The notes below the pieces were generated by a model. That model was not told where the DNA came from. It did no database searches and saw only the letters and a list, made by a program, of their open reading frames with translations. DNA of 64,000 bases, taken from Spirochaetaceae bacterium (GTDB lineage Bacteria; Spirochaetota; Spirochaetia; PWKH01). The stretch lies in contig PWKH01000084.1 in the NCBI GenBank assembly GCA_003559765.1, forward strand, positions 580-64,579, read 5' to 3'. A program made the translations under genes and the position numbers. This document shows, piece by piece, positions 45,377 through 54,730 of this stretch; within the stretch, counting starts at the first letter, position 1, and each line of letters begins with the position of its first letter.

Positions 45377-46273
45377 TTAGTTCTTCAGCCTCGGGTCCAG
45401 CGCATCCCGCAGACCGTCACCGATGAGATTGATGCTCAGAACAGAGATAAAAATCAGCAGCCCCGGAGGAAGCCAGAGCCACCACATCCGCATCAGCACA
45501 TCCATACTCCGCGCCGGTTCAAGTATGTTGCCCCAGCTTGGAATCGGCGGCTGCACCCCCAGTCCCAAATAGCTTAAGGCCGCCTCAATCAGCACGGCAT
45601 TTGCCATAATCAGGGTCGCACTGATCAGAATGGGAGCCATGGCGTTGGGCAGCATGTGTCTCCAGATGGTCCTGATTTCATTGAATCCCAGGGAACGGGT
45701 AGCCTCAATATATTCCATCTGCTTGATGGACAGAAACTGTCCCCGTACCAGCCGGCAGGTCTCAGTCCAGCTGAGCAGCCCGATGATGATCATGGTATTG
45801 TATATGCTCGGCCCCAGTATTGCCGCTCCGGTGATCGCCAGGGCGAGAAAGGGAAAGGAGAGCACCATATCGGTAATGCGCATGATGACTGCGTCCACCC
45901 ATTTTCCGAAATAGCCGGCCAGGCTGCCCAGAACGACCCCGATAACCATCTGGATGGAGCTTGCCACAATCCCGACAGATAACGATATCCTGCCGCCGTG
46001 GAGGTTCCGGGTAAACAGATCCCTTCCGTTTCGGTCTGTGCCGAACAGATATTCTGCAGAAGGGGGCTGCTCCCGGTACTGCAGGTTAATGTCATCCCGT
46101 TCATAGGGAGCAATCATCGGTGCGAACACTGCCAGAAGGATCAGCACGGTAATTACATATAAGCTGATCATGGCAATCTTATTCCGTCTGAAGCGCCTCC
46201 AGATGATCGTTCTCGGAGAAAGAATTTCCTCTGTCTTTGGTGCGCCTGCGTCTGCTGCTTTGATGAATTTCAC
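45377..46273 (-). CDS. Oligopeptide/dipeptide ABC transporter permease (OppC position)
   Basis: 298 aa polytopic protein with an EAA-loop region (YIEATRSLGFNEIRTIWRHMLPN). Confidence 0.9.
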   Translation of the reverse strand: MKFIKAADAGAPKTEEILSPRTIIWRRFRRNKIAMISLYVITVLILLAVFAPMIAPYERDDINLQYREQPPSAEYLFGTDRNGRDLFTRNLHGGRISLSVGIVASSIQMVIGVVLGSLAGYFGKWVDAVIMRITDMVLSFPFLALAITGAAILGPSIYNTMIIIGLLSWTETCRLVRGQFLSIKQMEYIEATRSLGFNEIRTIWRHMLPNAMAPILISATLIMANAVLIEAALSYLGLGVQPPIPSWGNILEPARSMDVLMRMWWLWLPPGLLIFISVLSINLIGDGLRDALDPRLKN

Positions 46274-46284
46274 TTCACACTCCC

Positions 46285-47253
46285 TTAGTCATAACGTATC
46301 CGAGGATCAATCAGTGCATACACGAGGTCGGCAACAAGATTTCCCAGAATAACCAGCACGGCAAGAAAGAGATTGGTTCCCATCAGCAGGCTGTAGTCTC
46401 TGGTAGTCACCGCTTCGATGATCAGCGTGCCCATCCCCGGCCAAGCGAAGACGGCTTCAGTGATGACTGCACCGGAAAACAGAAAGGGCAGACTGAGCCC
46501 GAGAATGGTAACCACCGGCAGCAGGGAATTGCGCAGTGCGTGGCGGTAGATTACCACCCGCTCAGACAGTCCCTTCGCCCGGGCGGTGCGGATATAGTCC
46601 TGCCGGACCACCTCGAGCATGCTTGAACGGGTGAACCGTACAAACCTGGCGGTTCCCGCGGCGGTCAGCGTGATCAGCGGAAGGACCAGATGGCGCAGCA
46701 CATCGAAGGCCCAGGCAAACCAGGAGGGGTAGCGCGCACCGGCACGCATCATCCCTCCGACGGGCAGCCATCCGAACTGCAGAGCAAAGAGCCAGATGAG
46801 CACAATCCCTAGAAAAAAGACGGGAATTGAGACCCCGGCTATCGCCCCTACTACCACGGTGTAGTCAAGTTTTGAATACTGCCTGGTAGCAGATATGACC
46901 CCGATCGGCACGGCGATGATGAAGCTGAGAAAAATGGATGAAAACGTCAGCAGCATCGTCGGTCCGAGCCGGCTCTGGATAATATCTGTTACCGGTCTTC
47001 CCCGATACCGGGTGGAGTATCCGAGATTTCCCTGAAATGTTTCCCGCAGCCAGACACCGTACCGCTCAAGCAGGGGCCGGTCAAGCCCGAGCTGTTCAAT
47101 CCTTCGTTCGATTGCCTCGGCGGATATAGTGGGGTCCACCAGCGTGGACATCGGATTTCCCGGGGCAGCATTAATAATGATAAAAATAATGAAGGTTGTT
47201 CCCACCAGCGTGGGAATAACCTGGAGCAGGCGACGCAGAATGTAGATTCTCAT
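46285..47253 (-). CDS. Oligopeptide/dipeptide ABC transporter permease (OppB position)
   Basis: 322 aa. N-terminus MRIYILRRLLQVIPTLVGTTFIIF and EAA region YIRTARAKGLSERVVIYRHALRN are present. Confidence 0.9.
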   Translation of the reverse strand: MRIYILRRLLQVIPTLVGTTFIIFIIINAAPGNPMSTLVDPTISAEAIERRIEQLGLDRPLLERYGVWLRETFQGNLGYSTRYRGRPVTDIIQSRLGPTMLLTFSSIFLSFIIAVPIGVISATRQYSKLDYTVVVGAIAGVSIPVFFLGIVLIWLFALQFGWLPVGGMMRAGARYPSWFAWAFDVLRHLVLPLITLTAAGTARFVRFTRSSMLEVVRQDYIRTARAKGLSERVVIYRHALRNSLLPVVTILGLSLPFLFSGAVITEAVFAWPGMGTLIIEAVTTRDYSLLMGTNLFLAVLVILGNLVADLVYALIDPRIRYD

Positions 47254-47275
47254 GCAGTACCTCTGGATATCCGAA

Positions 47276-47303
47276 TGCGGGAAGCCCGGTACCGGGCTCC
47301 CCG
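47276..47303 (-). other. 13-bp stem-loop between the substrate-binding-protein gene and the first permease gene
   Basis: Plus strand GCGGGAAGCCCGG-ta-CCGGGCTCCCCGC (one G-U or A-C position). No U-tract follows. It may be a processing, stability or attenuation element. Confidence 0.4.
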
Positions 47304-47334
47304 CTTGGCTTGTTACGCGATTTTAAACCAATAT

Positions 47335-48957
47335 TTACTGGTCAAGTTCCCATTGCTCCACGTTCCACCACATGCTGAAGGCATCGCCCTGAAAGTTTTT
47401 CAGATGCGGCGTATGCACAAATGCTTCCTCTTCAGAATAGAGAAACACATAGGGAGCCTCTTCCACCAGCAGCTGCTGCCATCCCCGGTATATCTCGGCC
47501 CGCTCGTCAAAGTCCATAATTTCCCGGCCGGCAAGGATCAGCTTGTCGTTGTCGGGATGGTCGAACCCCACGGAATTCCAGTGGTCGGTGCTCAGCCAGA
47601 TGCCTGACGGATCGGCTTCAAGCGCCAGGGACCAGCCCATGAGATACAGATCAAAATCCCGTTCATCAAATACCTTGGGAATAAGGCTGGCAAATTCCAT
47701 CATTTCAAGATTGAGATACACCCCGACATCTCCGAGCATGCTCTGAATGATTTCCGCATTCCGCTCACGAGGCACATTCCCGCTGGGATAGTTCAAGGTA
47801 AATTCAAGCCGCTCGCCGTCCTTGTAACGGTAGCCGTCATTCGCCAGTTCCCATCCGGCATCTGCCAGCAGCGCTTCAGCGGTATCAGGATCAAAGGGCA
47901 GCGGTTCCAGGTCCCCATCATAGGCCCAGGATACCGAAGACATGTGGCTGGTCTGCACAATGCCCATACCGTCAAAAAGCGCCTCCACCATTTCCCATCG
48001 GTCCAGTGCATAGGTCAGGGCATGGCGGACATCCCGGTCGGAGAGAACCGGATGGTCAAGATTGATGCCCATATACTGGTATGCATTGGCGGGGTAGCTG
48101 ACCACCTCCAGGCCGGCATTCTGGTACCGCTCATATTCATGTGCCGAGGGCTGCACCCAGGCAAGGTCGCTGCTGCCGGTCAGCAGCTCAGCCAGCTGCA
48201 CGTCCGAGGAGGCGACCTTCACCGTGATCTGATCAACTCCGGGTCTTCCCCGATGGAAGTCGTCAAATGCCTCAAGGGTAGTAAACTGACCGTCCACATA
48301 ATCAGTCAGCTTGTACGGGCCAGCTCCGATTGGCCGGGTAATCGCCGGATGGTTCTCCAGATCTGCAATCGGTGTTCCCTCAAAGACATGCTTCGGGGAA
48401 ATCATCCAGGTGGAAATCCGGATCAGTGAAGGAGCATCTACCCTGCTCAGATGAAATTCAATGGTCTGATCATCAATAATCTTGATGCCGGAAACCTCAT
48501 CTGCTTCACCCGACTTATACTCGTCAAAGCCTTCGAGGAACATCCAGTTCGCCGCCCGTACACCCGTATAGTCCGGATGGCACATCCATTCAAAGGTGAA
48601 CTTCACATCTTCAGTGGTAACGGGCTCACCGTCATGAAAATAGACATCGTCCCGCAAATGGTAGGTAAAGACTTTGTTGTCTTCACTGATTTCCATGGAA
48701 GAAGCAAGCTGCGGAACCAGCTCATAGTCATCATGAGGATCATGGGTCATCATCCCGGTAAACACCGGATCCACCCCTGAATACGCATCGTAGGCGCTCT
48801 CATACAAGTTCGGGTTGAACAGTCCCTCCGGCGCACTCCAGATCGCCATGACAATACTGTCCTCATCAACACCTACCACCCCCTCCGGCGCAGCGCTCAT
48901 CAGCGGCGCAGCCGACAGGGTCAGACACAGCACCATCAGCAACATTCCTTTTTTCAT
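47335..48957 (-). CDS. Peptide ABC transporter substrate-binding protein (family 5, OppA position)
   Basis: Start taken at MKKGMLLMVLCLTLSAAPLMSA (GGAGG 9 nt upstream, signal peptide). The mature protein of about 520 aa is typical of Opp/Dpp binding proteins. Confidence 0.88.
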   Translation of the reverse strand: MKKGMLLMVLCLTLSAAPLMSAAPEGVVGVDEDSIVMAIWSAPEGLFNPNLYESAYDAYSGVDPVFTGMMTHDPHDDYELVPQLASSMEISEDNKVFTYHLRDDVYFHDGEPVTTEDVKFTFEWMCHPDYTGVRAANWMFLEGFDEYKSGEADEVSGIKIIDDQTIEFHLSRVDAPSLIRISTWMISPKHVFEGTPIADLENHPAITRPIGAGPYKLTDYVDGQFTTLEAFDDFHRGRPGVDQITVKVASSDVQLAELLTGSSDLAWVQPSAHEYERYQNAGLEVVSYPANAYQYMGINLDHPVLSDRDVRHALTYALDRWEMVEALFDGMGIVQTSHMSSVSWAYDGDLEPLPFDPDTAEALLADAGWELANDGYRYKDGERLEFTLNYPSGNVPRERNAEIIQSMLGDVGVYLNLEMMEFASLIPKVFDERDFDLYLMGWSLALEADPSGIWLSTDHWNSVGFDHPDNDKLILAGREIMDFDERAEIYRGWQQLLVEEAPYVFLYSEEEAFVHTPHLKNFQGDAFSMWWNVEQWELDQ

Positions 48958-49023
48958 GTGCATAAACCTCCCTTGTTTTGTTATGCGTTTTTTCATACAT
49001 CATGTTACATTACAATTATATTT

Positions 49024-49052
49024 ATTGTAGCCTCTGGATGATCAGCTGTCAA
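49024..49052 (-). promoter_or_regulatory. Candidate sigma-70-type promoter of the peptide ABC operon
   Basis: Minus strand TTGACA (49052-49047), a 17-nt spacer, then TACAAT (49029-49024). It lies about 65 nt upstream of ATG 48957. Confidence 0.5.
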
Positions 49053-49154
49053 AAAGAAACGGATATTCTGCGGTGCAAAAGCGCTGCCGGCAGAATTTTC
49101 GGGAGATCACGGTAATATGTCTTTTTCTATACTGAAGGTGCAGAGAGGACGGAG

Positions 49155-49196
49155 GCTCAAGCTGTCTGATCCGTGCAGAATACAGACAGCTTGAGC
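49155..49196. other. Perfect 14-bp stem-loop just downstream of the EIIC-like gene
   Basis: GCTCAAGCTGTCTG (49155-49168) pairs with CAGACAGCTTGAGC (49183-49196) around a 14-nt loop. There is no U-tract on the minus strand, so it is at best an atypical terminator. Confidence 0.4.
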
Positions 49197-49202
49197 TCTT
49201 CT

Positions 49203-50228
49203 CTACTGCTTCTCGGCTACATGGAGGGCCATATCGCCATATTTGATCCATCCGCGCTTGCGCATGTACTCGCTGAAGATCAGCGAGAGCGCCGCCGGAA
49301 AAGCGAAATGGAGCAGCAGGATCTTCCACCAGGCCTCCAGCCCCATGGCCTCAACCGTAGAAAACTGACCGACCAGTCCGCTGGTTCCCATGCCGGCTCC
49401 GACGCTGGTGGTTTCCATGGCGAAGACCACGGTAGCTGCCGGTCCGAGCACCGCCGACGCGAGAATCGGCGGAATCCATATTTTCCAGTTCTTCACAATA
49501 TTGGGAATCTGAATCATCGAAGTGCCCAGGCCCTGGGAAATCAGCCCGCCGATCTTATTCTCCCGGAAGCTGGATACGGCAAACCCGACCATCTGACAGG
49601 CGCATCCCACCACCGCAGCACCTGCGGCAAGTCCGCTGAGACCGAGAGATATGGCTATGGCGGCACTGCTGATCGGCAGGGTGAGAAGCATTCCCATGGT
49701 TACGGCCAGCAAAACTCCCATGGGGAAGGGATACAGGGTAGTCAGATAGTTGATGAATTCACCCAGAGCCGCCATGAATGCGGAAACAGCAGGCGCGATC
49801 ATCACTCCTACGAGCCCCCCGACGAGGATGGTGCCTGCAGGGACCAGAATGATGTCAACTTTGGTTTTTCCCTGGATAAGCTTTGAGACTTCCGCTGCGG
49901 CAAGGGCTGCCACCAGGGCTCCTGCGGGCTCTCCGATGGTCAGGGCAGCCGCCCCTCCCTGGAGGATAACGGTGCCGGCGCCCACAGCTCCGGCTATCAT
50001 CGCCCCGGCAAGACCGAGGGGAGAAGCATGAACAGCGGCGGCCACTCCTACCCCGATCGCCGGCCCCATGAGCATCTGCGCGATGGTGCCGAAGGTCTCC
50101 AGCAGTTCAATGCCGGAATAGACCCCGATCTGCTTGATAATCAGCCCGATGATCAGAGACGCAAAGAGCCCCTGGGCCATCCCGTTGAGCACCCGGACGA
50201 TATAGGAACGGACACCGCCTTGCTTCAT
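49203..50228 (-). CDS. Polytopic membrane protein resembling the PTS EIIC_2 family (orphan; no EIIA/EIIB/HPr nearby)
   Basis: 341 aa and glycine/alanine-rich. The N-terminus VRVLNGMAQGLFASLIIGLIIKQIG recalls EIIC_2-type proteins. It starts 5 nt after the lysA stop. The family call is from memory only. Confidence 0.55.
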   Translation of the reverse strand: MKQGGVRSYIVRVLNGMAQGLFASLIIGLIIKQIGVYSGIELLETFGTIAQMLMGPAIGVGVAAAVHASPLGLAGAMIAGAVGAGTVILQGGAAALTIGEPAGALVAALAAAEVSKLIQGKTKVDIILVPAGTILVGGLVGVMIAPAVSAFMAALGEFINYLTTLYPFPMGVLLAVTMGMLLTLPISSAAIAISLGLSGLAAGAAVVGCACQMVGFAVSSFRENKIGGLISQGLGTSMIQIPNIVKNWKIWIPPILASAVLGPAATVVFAMETTSVGAGMGTSGLVGQFSTVEAMGLEAWWKILLLHFAFPAALSLIFSEYMRKRGWIKYGDMALHVAEKQ

Positions 50229-50233
50229 TTGTG

Positions 50234-51502
50234 CTACACCTCAGTTTCTGCTTCGGGAAACCGCAGGGTGGCGAAGTAGTCATCCTCCGTCTCCGCTCTG
50301 CGGATCAGCTGCACTGTGCCGTCGCTTTTCAGCAGCAGCTCTGCTGAGCGCAGTTTCCCGTTGTAGTTGAATCCCATGGAATATCCATGGGCCCCGGTAT
50401 CATGGATTGCCACCAGATCCCCGGGCTCAATTTCCGGCAGCTTGCGGTCGATGGCGAATTTATCATTGTTCTCGCACAGCGAACCGGTGACATCATAGAT
50501 CCGGCTGCAGGGCATATCCTCCTTGCCCATGACCGTAATATGATGATAGGCGCCGTAGATTGCCGGCCGCATCAGATTCGCCATGGTGGCATCAAGCCCG
50601 ACATAGGTTTTGTATTTCTCGGCAACATGGCGCACCCTGGATACCAGCCAGCCGTAGGGGCCGGTGATCATCCGCCCGCATTCAAACACAATATTCAGCG
50701 GATCCAGTCCTTCGGGAACAATAATCTGGTTATAGAGGGCCTTCATCCCGGCTGAGACAGTCTTGAGATCCACCGGATCCTGATCAGGGCGGTTGGGAAT
50801 TCCGATTCCACCGCCCATGTTGATGAACTCAATCCGGATTCCCTCTTTCCGGTGCAGTTCCACCACCAGTTCGAAGAGCATCCGGGCTGTTTCGACAAAG
50901 TAGGAGCCATCCAGTTCATTTGAGGCAACCATGGTATGCAGGCCGAAGCGCTTCACCCCATTCTGCTTCATGATCCGGTAGGCCGCCAGGATATTCTCCC
51001 GGGGAACTCCGTACTTCGCCTCGGTGGGCTCACCGATGATCACATTCCCTGTCCGGGCTTCCCCGGGGTTGTAGCGGAAAGAGATCAGTTCGGGGATCCC
51101 TGCATGCTCCTCAAGGGTCTCAATATGGCCGATGTCGTCCAGGTTAATGACCGCCCCCAGCCGCTTCGCCGCCGCAAACTCCTCCGGAGGCGTGTCGTTG
51201 GAGGTGAACATAATGTCCTCACCGGTTATGCCGACCTTCTCACTGAGCATCAGCTCCGGCAGGGAGCTGCAGTCGGCTCCGAATCCCTCCTCCTTGAGGA
51301 TGCTCATGATTTTGGGATTCGGACACGCCTTCACGGCAAAATAATTTTTAAACCCGGGGATCCAGGAAAAGGCGTCAAGCATCCTTCTGGCATTCTCCCG
51401 AATAGCCTGCTCATCATAGAGATGAAAGGGGGTGGGAAACTGGCGGGTGATCTCCTCCAGCTGTGCTTTGCTCACCGGTACGTGTTTTTCATGCATATGC
51501 AC
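50234..51502 (-). CDS. lysA: Diaminopimelate decarboxylase (fold-type III PLP enzyme)
   Basis: 422 aa. PLP-lysine region YFAVKACPNP, GIGIPNRP, and the C-terminal substrate-binding motif (GSLCENNDKF) are present. Linkage to dapL-dapA-dapB supports LysA over other decarboxylases. Confidence 0.85.
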   Translation of the reverse strand: MHMHEKHVPVSKAQLEEITRQFPTPFHLYDEQAIRENARRMLDAFSWIPGFKNYFAVKACPNPKIMSILKEEGFGADCSSLPELMLSEKVGITGEDIMFTSNDTPPEEFAAAKRLGAVINLDDIGHIETLEEHAGIPELISFRYNPGEARTGNVIIGEPTEAKYGVPRENILAAYRIMKQNGVKRFGLHTMVASNELDGSYFVETARMLFELVVELHRKEGIRIEFINMGGGIGIPNRPDQDPVDLKTVSAGMKALYNQIIVPEGLDPLNIVFECGRMITGPYGWLVSRVRHVAEKYKTYVGLDATMANLMRPAIYGAYHHITVMGKEDMPCSRIYDVTGSLCENNDKFAIDRKLPEIEPGDLVAIHDTGAHGYSMGFNYNGKLRSAELLLKSDGTVQLIRRAETEDDYFATLRFPEAETEV

Positions 51503-51508
51503 TGCTCC

Positions 51509-52738
51509 TTACAGCTTCAGCCGTGCAGTGATTCGTGCCACCGCCTCTTCAATCTGCTCCCGGTGCCCGAAGGCGCTTAACCGGAAGTACCCTTCTCCTG
51601 CAGGACCGAATCCTGAGCCCGGCGTGCCGATCACCCAGGTCTCCTCCAGGAGTTTATCGAAGAATTCCCAGGAGCTCATGCCGGAGGGGGTCTTCAGCCA
51701 GAGATAAGGAGCGTTGTCCCCGCCGTATACAGTCAGGCCGAGGGACTGCAGCCCCTCCCGGATGATCCGGGCGTTCTCCATATAATAGCCGATGAGCTGA
51801 CGGCATTCCGTGAGCCCGTCCTCCGAAAGCACTGCAGCACCGCCGCGCTGGGCAATGTTTGAAGCTCCGTTGAAAAAAGTGGTCTGCCGTCGGCACCAGG
51901 TCCGGTTCAGTTCACCCGGTTGTGTATCCTCAGCTGTCAGGGCTTTCGGAACAATGGTCCAGCCCAGGCGCACTCCGGTAAACCCGGCAAACTTTGAAAA
52001 GCTGCTGATTTCGATGGCGCACTCCTTGGCTCCCTCTACTTCATAAATTGATTTCGGCAGCGACTCGTCGCAGATATATTCGGAATAGGAAGCGTCAAAG
52101 ATAATGACTGCTTTATGCTTCCGGGCATAATCCACATATGCTTTGAGCTGCTCCTTCGTCGCAACTGCGCCGGTGGGGTTGTTGGGGCTGCACAGATACA
52201 GCAGGTCCACCTGCTCCTTCGGCAGTTCAGGGAAGAAGTTGTTCTCTGCAGTGCAGGGAAGGTAGACAAAGTCCCGGTAGGTTCCCTGCTGCTCATCAAA
52301 TCCAGCGGTGCGGCCGGCTATCACGTTGGTATCCACATAGACCGGGTACGCCGGGTCCTGGAATGCCACCTTGCTCTCCTGTGAAAATATCGACTGAATA
52401 TTTGCTGAATCGGGCTTAGCTCCGTCGCTGACGAAGAACTCATCACTTTCCAGCTCTACTCCGCGTCTCGCGTAGAATCCTGCAAGTTTCTCCCGCAGGT
52501 CCTTATCCCCCTGTTCATCACCGTAGCCGCTGTAGGTATCAACCGATGCAAGCCGGCTCACCCCCTCATGCAGGCCGTCGATAATGGTCGGGGTAAGGGG
52601 TTCTGTGGTATTTCCAATCCCGAGGCGCAGGATTTCCGCCTCCGGGTGCTCCTGCTGAAAGATTCTGGTCCGCCGAGCTATTTCCGGAAACAGATATCCG
52701 GCTGAGAGCTTGCGGTAATGCTGATTTATTCGTGCCAT
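51509..52738 (-). CDS. dapL: LL-diaminopimelate aminotransferase
   Basis: Start moved to MARINQHYRKLSAGYLFPEIARRTR (AAGGGAGA upstream). That N-terminus, LRLGIGNTTEPL and the PLP-lysine region SFSKFAGFTGVRLGW are characteristic of DapL. Confidence 0.85.
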   Translation of the reverse strand: MARINQHYRKLSAGYLFPEIARRTRIFQQEHPEAEILRLGIGNTTEPLTPTIIDGLHEGVSRLASVDTYSGYGDEQGDKDLREKLAGFYARRGVELESDEFFVSDGAKPDSANIQSIFSQESKVAFQDPAYPVYVDTNVIAGRTAGFDEQQGTYRDFVYLPCTAENNFFPELPKEQVDLLYLCSPNNPTGAVATKEQLKAYVDYARKHKAVIIFDASYSEYICDESLPKSIYEVEGAKECAIEISSFSKFAGFTGVRLGWTIVPKALTAEDTQPGELNRTWCRRQTTFFNGASNIAQRGGAAVLSEDGLTECRQLIGYYMENARIIREGLQSLGLTVYGGDNAPYLWLKTPSGMSSWEFFDKLLEETWVIGTPGSGFGPAGEGYFRLSAFGHREQIEEAVARITARLKL

Positions 52739-52912
52739 AGGTTTTTCTCCCTTTTTATGTTTGGGTCGTTTCTGTTCATATGCATGGTAAAGCGGGTGCA
52801 GCTCCGGCATTCAGGAACCGCCGTTCCTGCTCAGTATACAGATAATTCAGCGGTTCTACAACCGAAAGGATGCAGCGGCCTGTTCTGTACCGGACAGGCC
52901 GCCGGAAGCTGC

Positions 52913-53818
52913 TTATTTTCCCTTCGGACGGGGAACATCCAGCCCTGAAAGGGCTTTCTTAAGGACTTCGTAGTGGTCATCGCTGTAGAATGAGCACATG
53001 GGCAGTCTGAAGATCTCTTCACACCAGCCGTTCAACGCCATGGCGGTCTTGATGGGAATCGGGTTGGTCTCCAGAAAGCAGGCCTTAAAGAAGGGCATCA
53101 GCTTCGCTTCCATCTCCCGGGCCTTGGGGATGTCTCCGCTGAGGGCGGTCTGCACCATTTCCTGCATCTGCCGGGGAAGCAGGTTTGCCGCAACGGATAT
53201 GACTCCGTCACCGCCGGCTTCGATCAGGTCAACGGTCATATTGTCGTCACCGGAGAGCACCAGAAACTTCTCATGGCGGTCCTTGATGACGGACTTCATC
53301 TGCTCAATGTCGCCTGAGGCTTCCTTCACCGCTACGATGTTCTCATGATCGTTCATCAGCTTCACCATGGTCTCAGTCTCAATGTTCACTCCGGTGCGGC
53401 CCTTGATGTTGTAGACAATACAGGGAACCGATACAGATTCGGCTATTGCAGAAAAATGCAGATACAGCCCCTTCTGGGTCGGTTTGTTGTAGTATGGGCT
53501 CACCAGCAGCACCGCGTCGGCCCCGGACTGCTCTGCATGCTGGGACAGCTGAATCGCCTCGCTGGTGGAGTTGCTTCCAGTCCCGGCAATCACCGGCAGT
53601 CGGCCGTCGGCATACTGGACGGTCAGTTCGATCACCCGGTCATGCTCCGCATGGGACAGTGTGGGACTCTCACCGGTAGTGCCGCAGGGCACCAGTCCGC
53701 TGACCCCGGATTCGATCTGAAATTCAATAAGACGCTTCAGCGCCCCCACATCCAATGCCCCCGTAGAGGTAAAAGGCGTGATTAATGCCGGATATACTCC
53801 CTGAAATTTGTGTTCCAT
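52913..53818 (-). CDS. dapA: 4-hydroxy-tetrahydrodipicolinate synthase
   Basis: 301 aa. GTTGESPTLS, the YNKP-type motif and catalytic-lysine region VAVKEASGD are present. Confidence 0.93.
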   Translation of the reverse strand: MEHKFQGVYPALITPFTSTGALDVGALKRLIEFQIESGVSGLVPCGTTGESPTLSHAEHDRVIELTVQYADGRLPVIAGTGSNSTSEAIQLSQHAEQSGADAVLLVSPYYNKPTQKGLYLHFSAIAESVSVPCIVYNIKGRTGVNIETETMVKLMNDHENIVAVKEASGDIEQMKSVIKDRHEKFLVLSGDDNMTVDLIEAGGDGVISVAANLLPRQMQEMVQTALSGDIPKAREMEAKLMPFFKACFLETNPIPIKTAMALNGWCEEIFRLPMCSFYSDDHYEVLKKALSGLDVPRPKGK

Positions 53819-53821
53819 AAC

Positions 53822-54577
53822 TTATTCTCCCTCGATAATGGTTTTCATCATGTCATCTATGGTGTAAAAGTCGGACTTTCCGACTATCCATTCTGCGGCA
53901 AGCACCGCTCCTTCTGCGAAACCGGACCGGGTCCTGGCGCTGTGCTCAAGCGATATGGTATCCACATCGCTGTCAAAGGTTACCCGGTGAATTCCCGGGA
54001 TTGATCCTCCCCGGGTGGAGGAAACGTGGAGTTCATCCTCCCGGATGGCCCGGTCCAGCGAATCGGAGGTTACCGAGCTTTTGCGGTCCAGCTCCTCCAG
54101 CAGGATTCGGCCGATCATATCGGCGGTGCCTGAGGGACTGTCGGCCTTCTTCTTATGATGGTACTCATGGACCATGCAGTCATACTGGGAAAAGCGGTTC
54201 ATCACCCTTCCGGCGGCACGGACCATATGAAAAAAGAGATTCACCCCCAGGGAGAAGTTTCCCGACCAGATGCATCCGATTCCGGCCGCTTCGGCGAACT
54301 TCCGGACATCCTCCATGCTTTCATACCATCCGGTGGTTCCCACCACCACGGGGATCCCCTTTTCCGCACAGGCTGCTACATTTTCAACCACCGCCTTAGG
54401 GATGGAGAAGTCGATGATCACATCCACTGCTCCCAGATCCTCCCGGGCAGACCGATGGGTCACCGTGTCAGACTGGCTCACCGGATCAATCACTACCGGC
54501 ACGGTGTGTCCCTTCGCAAGAGCTTTTTCCCGAATCAGCTCACCCATTCTTCCATAACCGGATATACCGATACGCAT
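53822..54577 (-). CDS. dapB: 4-hydroxy-tetrahydrodipicolinate reductase
   Basis: Start moved to MRIGISGYGRMG (GAGGAGG 6 nt upstream). EYHHKKKADSPSGTA matches the DapB E(x)HHxxKxDAPSGTA motif. Confidence 0.9.
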   Translation of the reverse strand: MRIGISGYGRMGELIREKALAKGHTVPVVIDPVSQSDTVTHRSAREDLGAVDVIIDFSIPKAVVENVAACAEKGIPVVVGTTGWYESMEDVRKFAEAAGIGCIWSGNFSLGVNLFFHMVRAAGRVMNRFSQYDCMVHEYHHKKKADSPSGTADMIGRILLEELDRKSSVTSDSLDRAIREDELHVSSTRGGSIPGIHRVTFDSDVDTISLEHSARTRSGFAEGAVLAAEWIVGKSDFYTIDDMMKTIIEGE

Positions 54578-54603
54578 GATATGCCTCCTCATTGCAGGTA
54601 TGC

Positions 54604-54632
54604 ATCATAGCAAAATAATAACACTTTGTCTA
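54604..54632 (-). promoter_or_regulatory. Candidate sigma-70-type promoter of dapB
   Basis: Minus strand TAGACA (54632-54627), a 17-nt spacer, then TATGAT (54609-54604), within an AT-rich island. Confidence 0.4.
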
Positions 54633-54660
54633 TATAATAACAATTTGTTTTGATAATAAC
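54615..54660. repeat. Three direct copies of ATAATAAC at 19-bp intervals in the dapB upstream region
   Basis: Copies lie at 54615-54622, 54634-54641 and 54653-54660. The first lies inside the putative promoter spacer. Confidence 0.5.
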
Positions 54661-54730
54661 TAATATATCATGCAAAGGAAAGGGCAGTCCATCACCGCAG
54701 CGGAGCTGTCCTCAATTTCACCGAAACTGA

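Noticed and set aside
52739-52912. Possible lysine riboswitch (L-box) in the 174-nt dapA-dapL spacer.
   Set aside because: The spacer has two short hairpins (GCGGCCTGT/ACAGGCCGC and CAGGAAC/GTTCCTG), but I could not recognise the conserved L-box core elements. An Rfam scan would settle it.
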